Shown here: positions 1 through 13,200 of the stretch, in pieces
Numbering within the stretch: the stretch's first letter is position 1
Layout of the letters: each line of letters opens with the position of its first letter
NCBI GenBank assembly: GCA_001642005.1
Contig: LWCA01000056.1
Span: 1,582-65,581, forward strand
Direction of reading: 5' to 3'
From: Intoshia linei
Taxonomy: Eukaryota > Animalia > Orthonectida
DNA length: 64,000 nucleotides
Translations under genes and position numbers: made by a program
The notes under the pieces: model-generated
Databases searched by the model: none
What the model saw: the letters and a program-made list of their open reading frames with translations, nothing else
Told to the model about the DNA's origin: nothing

Positions 1-741
1 TCGTTTAAAAAATTTTTTAATGGATTATTTTTCATTTTTGAAGTGGCGACGGGCTTGCTAGGTTCAATTTCGAAAACTACAATCGAACTAAGTTAAATTG
101 TTACATAGATTAAATTTAACACACGTGAAAATTATTCACGTTATTCAGTAAATTTTCACTTCATTTTGATTAAATGATGTTTACGTTCACTAATACTAAT
201 AATAAATGATCGATACATTGTATCATAAAATTCTAATTTATAATTATTATTGTTTAAAAAAAGATTATCTTCATTTTATTTAAAATTTTTCTTGTGGACC
301 ACTTTGAGAATCACTGCTTTAAGCATTGGTAAAATCGTATTTTTCATTTTGGGTTTTGGATGAGAAAATTGTTGCTCATAAGATTTGATAAAATCCGATT
401 TTTCCATTAATCCATTAATATTTTTTATTAAATTTTAATGGTGTGATAACATTAGATTTTTTTAATAATAATGCAGTGGTCATCTAGGCTTTGTAATAAA
501 TTTCCAACATCTGGCAATTTGACAGAGGTACGTTGTAATAAATATTAAAAATAAACAAAAAGTTGATAAAATTTTTTTTACATTTTATTTGAATCTGACG
601 GATCCCAAGGGGTCCAGGCAACGCCAATCGTAAACCACTGATGTATACATTTGTAATTCACATTTTGAGAAGATGATAAATATTAATCAATTTTAATTCA
701 TGTTCCAGACAATAAATGAAGATTAAAATAAAAAAATTTAG

Positions 742-3700
742 AAATTGTAAATTAACAGCAGAATGGATGAAGGATATGATGAAAAATAAAAAGAAAATTT
801 CTATTAATTATTTATTAAACAATACAATTGATCCTTATCAAGAATTTGTTGTATTTGGTGTTATAATGTTCAAATCACCTGTTAAAACTGATTCAAATGT
901 ATTTTATATTGTATATTATATTACGGTTTATTACTTTTTTAGAATCAACCATTTTGTAGTTGGAATATTGGACATTTAAAAAATGAAAATGAATTTTTTA
1001 AATTACTATTATTTCGAAACGTTTATAATGAACATTCTAAATATAATGTTGGATCAGTTATAGGAATTTTAAATGTTTCTAAAATGGATAACAAAAACAA
1101 TGTATATTTTTAAAAATTAATCAAATTTTTGCAAGTCTGTTTCTGGAGTTATTAAACGGGGAATTTTTTTATCAGTCTTTATAGACGTGGAAATTGATAA
1201 AAACAGATTAGTTTTATCGAAAATGACAGCCCACGAAAAAATTGGTAAAATTTTTTCTCTAAATTAACTGAGTTAACTGTATCGGAATAATTTATTTTTA
1301 ATTCTAGTACTTTTTTTATTTAATATTTTTTGTTCCAATAAAATATAGTTACTAAATAAAAAACATGATACTAAAGAAATTTTTGACGTGAAGGCGTCAA
1401 AATTAATGAAATTAAATTTTTTTCAGTAAGTTAACTGGAAATAACTTTTTAAATAGGGTAATTTGAGGTGATTTATGATAATTGTCATGGTTTTAAAAAC
1501 TACCCCAAATTTATGTTATATAAAATTCTGTTTATTTTTTCATTTTTAAAAAAAGGGTAATTGAACGTTTTGACCGTGAAGATGAAGTTTCTCAGGTTGA
1601 GATTTACGAAAATATTAATGTATGTTTTTTTAAATTATAGGGCTAATTTTATTTTTCAAAAAGTTTTTGACCGCGATGGACTCTATTTTTGAAAATCACA
1701 TTTATTGTAAAACATTACTTTCGAAAAGCCATATTAGAAATTGAGTTTTTTAAATTCGAGGACACTTAATTTTTTAATTAAGCGGTAATACACACATACA
1801 TTCGATTTTATATAAGTATAGGACTACTCTAAAAAAATGAGATTAGTAAAATTTGCCCCGTTAGAAAAAAGAATAAGAACTTGTCATATATCGATCTTTG
1901 GTTTATCGATTTTATTCGCATTCATTTATACACATTTTATTTGAAACATTTAGTATAAATCAGATGCATACACAGTGAATAATAAAAATCAAATCGTTAT
2001 ATTAGGTGAATCTGCTGATATTGGCTTTTGTAAGGCTTCTAAATTGGACAGAACAATTTGCAAGGCTATCATTGATATGTATGCTTAATAAGCTTATAAA
2101 TATATTTATATTCTAATTTAATTTTTAAGAGCTAAGTTTTATGAATTATCTGTATAAACTTAGGTATAGCCTTTGGTCTAGAAATATTTAAGTATCAACT
2201 GGGGAAACAGTTATGCTCTGTTTTATCATATTTTCAAAATTAATATTTAAATGTAGGTTCAAGTGTGGCACATTTTTCAATATCACGCTCCAATTTTTGA
2301 TTTCTATCTTTTCGGAGCCGTAACTTATATATGAGACATTTTCTTCCTAAATTAATTTGATTTATAATTGCTAATGCATATATGAAAAAATTCCACACAT
2401 TTGACTGTCCGTTTATTTTTTCGGAAATTGTTTTCAAATAAATTGTATTGTATTTATTTGGTTTTTTCAAATTTTAAATTACAAATTTTCGGTATTTTTA
2501 ATTTTTTGTATGTCGCATTATTCCTTTGGAAACCCTGATTTAATTGACGAAATAGATAGATAGATGTCAACATCCCTGCGAAAAACTGTATTAGAAATTG
2601 GGTTTATTTAAATTTTTCGACCGTAAATTTTTTAAATACATGTATACCATGGGTTATTAAACTGGGATGCAGAAAATTTTTGAATAAAAATCATTTTACA
2701 GCTATATTTTTTAAACTTGAATAAAGTTTCGAAAGTATAGTTAAATTAATGTCAAATTCTGTTTATTAATATAAAACATATTTAAATATTAACATACATG
2801 TGTGTCAAAAAAAGAAAATATAGTGATTATATTCGTTATGGATTCACTAAAATAAATGATATTGATTAATCGAACAAATCACAGTGGTTTTGATGTTTAA
2901 AGGTTTTTTCTAATTCAAATTTAAAGCCATTTTAGCCATTACATCTTTAAATGTTATGTTACCGTAGTTATATTGTTAAATTTTGGGATTGCCAAATAGA
3001 AAAATGTTAAGAACCCATGATGTACATGTGTGAATAATAATATTGTATACGGTAACAGAGAGACAGGCTACATTCAATTATATATAAGTAAAGGATGATA
3101 TTGTTAAAAAATGTACGTGCATTTATCAAATTATATATTTTTGGAATGTGGCCTGATGTTTGAAATGGGTTTCCAACCCCTGATATAATCTCCTGTAAGC
3201 TACCGATTGATACTTATTATTTTATTAACATAATAACCGTTAAATAATAATTAAATAATTATATTATATTACTTAGACGTTATGGGAATTATTGTAATTT
3301 TCATGTTCAATCGGCATATAAAAAACAAACAGGTAAACGTGGTGTATTAAATTCAAGGTAATGTATTGATTATGCTTGTAAAAATTTTACAATGTCCCAT
3401 TTGGTATATTAATAGATTTGGTTTTCCCTATTAAATTGGTTATTAATCGGGTTCTGCACTCGCTAGGGGTGGGTCGATTTTTCTTTTTTACTAATTAATG
3501 AATTAATTAGTTGATTACAAAAAAATTAAATTTGTAAAATCACAAGATGAAATGATGTATTTAAACCAAATTTCAAATCTAAAGAATTTTTTTAAAAATT
3601 TTTTGACTCAATTACTGAATGTTATCATTATTTATATTAAATATTTAATGTTTATATTAGTGTTTCTCAATCTGTATTATGTCATCGCTCATTGATTATC

Positions 3701-6700
3701 ATTATATTCGAATTCATTTTTTCTACTCCCCGTAAATAAACAAATAATTACAAATTTTGATTAAATATGAAATGTACAAATACAATGTAATCGAACGTTG
3801 GATATTTATCAATTGAGCTATAAATAAATAATTTTTAATTAATATTTGTTATAAATTTTGATTTGAAATATTCATTTAAATAAACAAGCCAAATCGTTCA
3901 CTAATGGCATTGCGATCTCACTCAGTTTGGGAGACACTGGTTTATTTCATTTTTATATTAGTTATTCTGGAATAATCCCGAAAAAATATTCAATTTTAAA
4001 CAAACTAAATGAAAAAAGGCAACAATTTTTAACAAAACAAGAACCTAAAAAGTAATATTTTAACAAAATTTATTATAACATAATCAATGTGTAAATTTAT
4101 ATTATTGTATAAAATAGACTTCAAGAATTAGAGTTCTGTAACGGTTAACTGGTTTTGTAACATGCCGATAAAATTTATTATAAATTCTGAGAAAAAGTGG
4201 TTATATTATATTGTTAACAAGCTGACCATGGCCGTTTAAGCAATGTTTCTCAACCGGTGCGGCTGGCGCACTAATTCGCTTGAGCAAATTTTATGTGTGC
4301 CCAGAAAAAAATTGAAAACGAGTTATATACCATTTTACAGATGGTCAGTTGTAGTACATCTGATTTTTTTGTACTGAAACAACTTTTTTTCTTAAATGTA
4401 TAGCTTTTCCTTACAAAATATTATACTATAGCAAAGATTTTTAGTAAACACCCAACTAATGTACTATTTTTACGATTTTTTATTTTCTTGTGCCACAATA
4501 AAAAAAGGTTAAGAAACATTGGTATAAAGGCAAAATAAGAAGATCAAATTAACCCTAAGCCTTTATATACAAATCCGCACCGTGATTGAGTTAAAACTCT
4601 GATTTGGTGTTAACTGCTCTACAGGGCCCACTACAAAAAAATACTAGTGGGTACTGGTCGAAAAATGTAGACCTTTGAGGTTTTTAGTTATTTTTGTATC
4701 GTGATCCAACACCTGTAAAAAAGGTTTATATTGTATACTTTTACAGACAAAAGGTTTTATCAATTGAGAATATAAAGTCAAATATTACCCATAAAGATTT
4801 TAAAAATTCAACGTTGGATCAACTGAATATTTCTTTAGCAAGTGATACTATTACTCAAAAATCATCAAAAGAAGATTCCTTGTAATATTTAATTTTTGCT
4901 AATTATCAAAATCTATACATTACACCCTACAGAAACACATCTTTAGCAACTTTTGATTTATATAATTAAGGATTAATACTCTCTAAATTTAATTACAATT
5001 TTATGGAGATTTTTCGAAATTATTTATTTATTTTATTTAAAAACCTATGCATTTTTTAATGATCCGATTATAATGATTGATTTTTATGCCAAAACCCGTT
5101 TTTCAAATTTTGGAATAATTACACATGTTGAAATGTTAATTGTATATGAATGAATCATTATATAGCATTTATATCGAAATATAAATTTATATTTAGTTGT
5201 AAACTTTTAAGTGTTTCGTCAATTGGATCAATGAATTTAGTAAAATGCATGAAAAGTAATGGAAATTCGTTTGGTATATTTTAAAAATTAGACTACATTT
5301 AAAAATGTAGTTATTGCAGTGGTTATCACTGTCTTTACGAAAGGTCTGAAACTTTTTTTAATAAATAAATATTTTGTTATTTTTAGCAAGTTTTTTAGAA
5401 CTGTGATTACTTTGATGTTTTCATGAAATTGGTATTTTGGGCAGATCTAATATCCTAATAAATTAGATTTCAATCAACCCATTTTTTTAAAAATATAATA
5501 AATACATTGATAATTAAGACTATTAATACTGTGTATCAACATTATTTTTTGTTGTTTCCTGGTATTATTATGTAATTTAATGGCGTTATTAATATATTAT
5601 AATTATGTTGTTACATATTTAGATAAATATAGGGACAAAGAAAATTTTCAGGTAAATAAAAATAAAAAGGCTTCCGATTTACTTGGCGAATATGACAAAT
5701 CTTGTAGGAATCGTTTTCAAAATAATTACAACAAACCTGTTAATAAAGTGGATTTTATTAATTTAAACATGATAAATCGAAATCCAATAAAAATGACGTC
5801 AGTGGAACTGAACAGGGTAAATTGAATATTACATTCTTGTCAGTTAAAATCAACGTTCGCATCAAACTGACAGTTTATTAGAAATTATAAAAATTTTCAA
5901 TTGAGTATAATCTTTAGGGTTTATTTCTATCGAATTAAGGATTGTTAGTATATTTTTATCTTGACAAATGACTGATTTTTAACAAAACATTTAACCTAAA
6001 AATGACTAAAATGTTTTTCTAAATATCAGCTAAAAAACAACAAAAAACGAAAATTATCTCATTTATCTGCTTTGCAATCCATTAATGGAAAAATTGATAT
6101 ACCCGATCCAAATTGTACCCAAAGAAATAAAATTAAAAAGTTGAATGTCATGAACCCAGAAAAAGATGTGGGTATCATTCCATGTTGCAATTTTATTACT
6201 TTATTTAGATAGAAAAAGTAACATTGTAAATCAAAATGATATAAATTTTTTATTGACGCCGTCAGTATTTGAAGAATGCTTGGATGAGGTAATTTGATAA
6301 ATAATTATAATTATTAGTTACTAATTAGTAATTTACATTAAACTAACATATTTTAGATTGAAATGATGAAACTTTATGAATTTTTTGATAAATGTGAAAT
6401 GGAAGAAAAAATGCTTGAAAAAATGTCAAATATTACATCTGTTGATTGTAGAATATTTATATGTAAAGAGGTTTTAAATTTTAATGTTTTGTTCCTATAA
6501 TCTTACTTTTAGTGTAACTATGTTGCACCAAGAGTTTCTCATTTATGTAAATCTAAAGGACACAAAGTCCAATTAAAAAAAACTCAAAGGCGTTATTTTC
6601 AATGTAAAAATTGCAATTATTCTTGCAGTACAATTTTAAAATATCCCATTAATGGATGCAAGTAATGTTTTTATTGATCGTGGTTCAAAAAATTGACTAC

Positions 6701-7209
6701 TGAAAACGTTTAAAAAAAATTACGATACGATCTGGTTCTCGTGATCTAGAATTTTATCGTTATGTCAATGAATACTCAAATATTTTAATTATTTTATTAG
6801 AAGATGCAATGGAACATATTTTGTACCAAGTTCAATGAATCCAGTAATTTTTATTTTAAATTACGAGTGTTTGTTGTTTTATTCAGTGAAACAGGCGTAA
6901 AAATTAGTTTTTTTTGTAGTAGGTACAAGTTATTTTCTATTTAAGGTTGGTAAAATTAAATTTTAACATTGGCTGAAATTTCAAGCGAGCGTTTGCATGG
7001 CGGATGTTGTAATGTTCAGATTACAGTGATGCAAAACGGTCTGAAGTATTTCTGTTTTAGTTATTTTCATGCTTCAGAACGTATTGCAAATCCAAATTTC
7101 GAATATACATTGTTTTAATTTTATTTGTAAATAAATGAACATTTATTAGGACAAAAAATGTGAAAAACCAAAATTAAATCTAAGAGGAAATGAAAAAAAA
7201 TTTATATAA
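742..7209 (+). CDS. MCM10: Minichromosome maintenance protein 10, multi-exon, 5' part lies upstream of the window
   Basis: Spliced exons give the OB-fold (EFVVFGVIMFK, GSVIGILN, IVILGESADIGFCKA), the CCCH zinc finger (C..CKAIID..GNYCNFHV) and the C-terminal zinc domain (ICKECNY..CKSKGH..YFQCKNC..GCKRC..LNLRGNEKKFI*). TAA is at 7207-7209. First visible exon follows the AG at 740-741. Confidence 0.9.
3658..3939. mobile_element. hAT-type MITE in an MCM10 intron
   Basis: TIRs TAGTGTTTCTCAA...TTGGGAGACACTG, flanked by near-identical 8-mers GTTTATAT/GTTTATTT. Confidence 0.65.
4241..4521. mobile_element. hAT-type MITE in an MCM10 intron
   Basis: TIRs CAATGTTTCTCAACC...GGTTAAGAAACATTG; target duplication degenerate. 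Confidence 0.6.
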
Positions 7210-7256
7210 CATGTAAATATTAACAAATATACACTTGATGTATATTTAAATAAAAT

Positions 7257-10200
7257 TTAAAGTTTCAAACCATTTTTCGCCAATTTGTGTGCTGCGTCAT
7301 TTTGTACATTTTTAGAGTGGCCTTTGACTTTTATCTAATTTAAATTTTCACAATTAATACATTAATGAAATTACACAATCAATATTAATTCTGTCCGTAT
7401 TTCTTACAATTTCTTGAATTAAATGAAGGTTTTTGATAGTTTTATTATTTGAAGTTTTCCAATTGTTTTTAATCCAGTTAAATCTCCAGGTTGTTATACC
7501 TAGCGTAATATATACTCCCTCGCAAAAATTTTGCAATTAATATAAACCAATCTAAACTACATGCTGTTTTTCAATTTTTTATATATTAAACGATTTGGCA
7601 AGATCTTTCATTGGTAAAAAAATCTGAAAAATGTTGTAGAAATTGAAGTTTTTAATTATTTTGTTACTTTGAACGTCTCACCAATTTTGCAAAACTATCG
7701 AAAACAATAAACTCGGATTTTCTGACAAATAATTGTTTTTAAACTGTTTTCATTATCGCAAATGACACTGTCAAATAATATTACAAAATTAGTAGAAAAA
7801 GATTTGAAGGATGGTATCGAAAAGGTAAATATCGCAAAAACCCGCTATGTTTCCCTTAGAACAATTTATAACATTTCAAATGAATAAAGATCAAATCGAA
7901 ACGAATTACAACTTTAAAAAAAGAAATTAAAGTCTGCTGATGGGGTGTAAAAATCTGGAAGGATTGTTACATCCACATCCGTTACTGTCCGTATGCAATG
8001 TGCTCCTTCAAGAGCAAATATTTGACGGTCCCTTAATGATAGAGGTTTGAAGTATCGACGTTCATTGCAAAAAATGACATTGACTGATGCACAAAAGAAT
8101 GGCCGCCTAAATTTTGTACGCAAGCTTTTTTTAAAAGGGTTGATATCGATAAAATCGTATTTTCGGATGAGTGTAGGTTTTTTATATGAAAGTAATAATC
8201 TCATGTCGTGCAAACCATTAAAACTGCGACAAAGAGCATTTTAAGGTGGATCCATAATAATTTGGGGTTGTTTAACATCTTGCGGGAGTTATGATTAGGA
8301 AATTAGACCATATTGTTAATAGCTATTCTTATAAAAATTTTTTATTTGAATATGTATTTACTAAACTAAGTAACAGTTCCTGACTTTGTCTTTCAACAAG
8401 ATAATGCTAGACCTCATGTGATCAAAAAAACAAGGTAAAGGTTTGCTGCTGAATCAATAAAATTATTAGGTTGGCCTCCTTATTCTCCTGATAATCCCAA
8501 TATAAAATCTATGGTCAATTATGAAAAATCAGCTATATGATGGTTCACAATTCAATTCGAAAATGCATGTATGGCAGAAAATATCTCATATAAGATATTA
8601 TAAAATAATTTCAAAGGAAAAAGACATGATTATAAGGCTACATAAATCATTTAATTCAAAAATGTACGAGGTTATGATGAATAATGGAAATTTGATAGAT
8701 TTATAGAATATAATATATATTTAATATATCAATAAATAATTATATTTATTGTTTTGCAAAATTGTTCAGACTTTCACATATACTTAAAAATGAAAAAGAT
8801 AAATTTCTACGAATTAATTCGACCCATTTTTTTATTTTTTTTAGCCTACGATAGATCTTGCTTCGCTGATTAATATATAAAATATTCAGACAGTTAGAGT
8901 ATCACTAAGACTAGTTTCTAATAATTGCAAAATTGCTGCGAGGGAGTATAATATATTTTTTATTTCTCGAATTCGCTCTCATTACACTGTCCAACAAAAT
9001 TTCGACAAACTGACCCAAACTTTTGTTATATGTAAGTGAACCAGTATACATCTATTTTTAAAAAAAATTTATTAATTTCCAGATCGACTTTGGATTTAAT
9101 TAAGGGACAAAGTTTTTTTTTAAAGAGGTACACTCCGCCGTGAGATCTATTTACAATTAATATTGTATATTACAAATGGTAAAATTGACAGATAGATATA
9201 CACGTCTATGTATGTATAAAAAAAATTGTCATTAATTATTTAATTACCTTAATTAATTAACTCTAATTTTAAGGCAACATCGACAAACAATATGAAATAA
9301 AAATTTTCTGGATGTACTACTTACATTACATGTAAAATCAACTTTTTTGGGTTACTTCTAGACGAATCTTGTTCAATATCAAGGATGTAAGTTAGGCATT
9401 CTCAACCCTTTTTCGCTGTGGACCCCTAAGATGATATTACAAAAAACCTATGGACCCCAAAAAAATTAATAATAATGACAATTTTTAATGAATCATTACA
9501 GTTGGGTGAAACGAATGATGGTCAAAAGACTCTGACATGACATGGAGTACTCTATTTTTGCGAGATGATAAACTTTATGAACTATTAATATTCACCTGTA
9601 ACCCGTCAATGTTCCCAAAATAGAACATGTTTTTCAGGTATTGTTTACTACATATTTTATCAGATAAATAAAAAGTCTATATTATCTATCTTCCTTGTGA
9701 AAATTAATATTTTATATCCCTTGGTTGATGTTTGATGTCCCATTTTCAATTTGAAATTTAAAGCTTTTTTTATGACTAGAAACTTGGCTCGGTAATTAAT
9801 TTTTATAAAATAATTAAATAAAACCGCTGCTCCTAAAATAGAACAATGGAGGTTTCCTAAAAAGTTTTTACACTTTTAAGTAAGTTAATACCAGAGAATT
9901 TACTTTTACATGATTTTCACGTTTTATATTAGTATTTCTGAGCCTTTATGTTTTAAAAACGACTTTATGTTACTGAAAATGTTTATAATATGTAATAAAT
10001 GTATATACTTTTCATGGACCACAAAAAAGTGCTGTGGAACCCGTTGAGAATGGCTGATGTAAGTGATAGACATAAATTTCAAAAATTAAGATATAAGAAC
10101 GTATCAATTAAAAATATTTAATAAAAAAAGTAATAATTAGATAAATTTAAAATTTACTTTTTTATTGAACACTACCAAAAAAATCACAAATCATATTTAA

Positions 10201-13200
10201 TGATCTACATCTTCCAAAACGTCTTTCATATAACATCATAGTTTGATGAAATTGTTCACCCTTTTCGTCTGACCACATACCGCAGTTTAGCGCAAAGAAA
10301 TCTAAATGAAATTCTAGGTAATGCATTTTTATGGTATAAAGGCAGTTCATTTCTTGGTATTTTATCAATAACTCATCGATTAAATCCTTGTAATTTTCAG
10401 ATCGATTGTTTCCAAGAAAAAATGAGATTACATTTTCCAAAGCATTAAACGCATCTTTTTATTCAGGTTTAAGGGTAGATTAAAAATGTACATATTTTAA
10501 TAATTTTCTAATTTGTGGGCCATTTAGTATACCAGCCATTAATTTAGCGTCACTGAGATTAGGAAAAATTTATGATGGCCGCAGTAAGTTTGTAGTATAC
10601 GTGTTGGACAGTATAATTCTTGTTTAAATCTTGTTTAAATATCATGAGAATGCAATTATAAAATTAACTCATCGCTTTAATTAATTGAAAGATGTAATAA
10701 AAACTTTATTTGACATGTTACTGTTTTTTTGTGAGTAAAAATTTAATAGAATAGTAGAATTACTAATTAAAATATCACATGTTTTCGATCTTCAATTATA
10801 AAAATATGTATATCGTCAGAATCACAAAAATTAGCTGATTATTTTAATATATGTTACATTCAGTTTCTTTTTGCAATGTTGGACAGTGTTATTAGACTAA
10901 TATGATGCGATTATTATGATATTAAAGTCAGTTCTTTTCGAAGGGGTTACGAATAATGATAGATTATCTATTTTATATAATTTCAATCCGAACCAAGCAT
11001 ACTGTTGGCTGTTGAAAACCCTAAATATTAAATTTAAGACCAATGAAATAGAAACAATGAATTCTTGTAATTCGGGTGAAAATTGATTTAAATTTTTATT
11101 GTTCCGAGAATTAAAATAAATATTCAACGGCAAGCCTAAAAAATCTAAGAAAATTGTCTAAGTTTAAAATTTATTCGTTATACAATTCAGTAAAATCAGT
11201 TATATTGCACATCAGTTCATAATGATGAAACACCACTTTAATTTCGACAGATTATTTAAATAATACATACAATTTAAACAAAAAAATTACATTTCATTGC
11301 ATATGAACTATCAGTAGCAATAATCAATTTTTTTTGATCCAAACAAAGTGCAATGTTAATTGACCTTAGGCAAGCCTAATGTACATTAAATTAATTAATG
11401 ATCAATATAGTATTGTTAGGGTTGAATTAGACCTCAGAAAGGTCTAATAATATTACGTTCAATTCGGCATCATTGCATGTGCAATTTTTACTATTTAATT
11501 TTTCGGAAACATTGCTAATTATCAAGTATAAAAATGTGTATAATAAGATTTACTATTGATTATCATGACCCCAATATACACCAACGGCTGATTTAGTTTC
11601 ATTTGTGCCATTACCTGAACATGATCCATCTGTAAAGCAAATCAATACATTTGAATCTACAGTTTAATTCAATATAATAGTATATATAGATGTTTTCAAC
11701 TGGTGACACATTCAGTGGTCAGGTTTTAGTAGACTAGTCTACGTCAGTGTTTCAGAACCGTGGGGCCTACGACTTTTTGGTGGGGCCTGGAAAATATTTC
11801 ATCCAATAATTATAATCACTTGTTTTGGTTAAATCAATCCAGTTACAGGATTACCAATACACAATAATAATAATGTAAATCATTTTAAAATAATAATAGA
11901 TGATTTTAATATACGTTTTAAAGATATCAAACTTATGGATTTTCGATTGTGGTTGACACTAGTGTTTCAATTTTACCAACTTTTTCATTACCGGTAATTA
12001 CTTTTATAAGAATAGCTTAAATCATCTTCAAATATAATAAGGTATAATGAATAATTTAATTACTTTTACGATGAAAAATTCATTAAGAATAGATAAAAAC
12101 AATTTCACATACAATTTTTCATCAATAGATCAGAATCAAAAATAAACATTGATGTGACGTCAAAAAATGGTTTCGAATCGTCGAAATAATAAACATTTTT
12201 TATTTTTTCACCTTGAAATTAAAAATCCAAAGAATTCAATATACTTGAATATTAAAAATAAAAATATAATAAAAGATTTATTTATTCAGTCTCAATAGGA
12301 TTCAAATTATTAGGAAACAATCTTTATTTACATCTAATTATTACTTTCAAAGAGTGGAGAACGACTTAATTAGCGGTTATTAAAAATTTATATATGTAAA
12401 TTGATATAATTATTTGCAATATTAACTCTACATCAATATCTCAAAAACGTTATTACACAATACACGTTTTATTATAATTATAAAAAAAATTTTTAATTAA
12501 CGGTAACCAAAAATAATTACTGGTAAATCTCGAAAAAATAATTACCGGTAATAATTTACCGATATTGAAACACTAGTTAACCTTTTACGGTGGAGTTATT
12601 AATTGTAAATATCAAATACCAAGAAAAACTAATAACACCAATAATTCTATAAGTATACATGATAAATACTTACAAACTGTATTTGGCATCAACGAAATTA
12701 TGATGTGGCATACCGAAGAAATTTTAAAAATATCTCATTTTACTATGATGGTTTTTTTGCCATTTTTATCTTCTTATTTAGCAGAATGCTGGTTTAGTGC
12801 TGTTTTAGACTTACAAAACTGTTTGTACTAATAAAAAAGAGAAATAGACTCCAAATTTCAAAACGAGGAGATCTACGTTTAAAGCTTACAACATTAGTGT
12901 CTAATATTAAAAAAATCTTTAAGAACCTTCAGATCAATCATGTAATATACTCTAAATAATAAATAGATTGTAATGTTTTTATCATTATTTTATTATAATT
13001 CGCTCAAATTTCGACAATAATAGTTTGCCATTTATAATATTTTAACATTTATAAGGTATTAGAAAATTATAGTTTTTAATAGAAAGTAATCTTAGAATAA
13101 ATAATAATTTTTTGTAAGTGAACTGTTGTATCAGCCACAAAAAATTTGACCGTTAAGGCAAATTGTTTTTCAGTGAGGCCTGGGACTTTTTTAAGAGTGA

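Noticed and set aside
11410-11490. Hairpin TTAGACCT-CAGAA-AGGTCTAA plus AATTTTTA, resembling an snRNA with an Sm site
   Set aside because: The Sm-like part is the antisense of RNase H1 exon 4 and the hairpin lies in its short intron; no snRNA-specific motifs.
7257-11660. RNase H domain as part of a retrotransposon
   Set aside because: It is split by spliceosomal introns, has no adjacent RT or integrase, and has the cellular RNase H1 motifs GVYWG and WKT.
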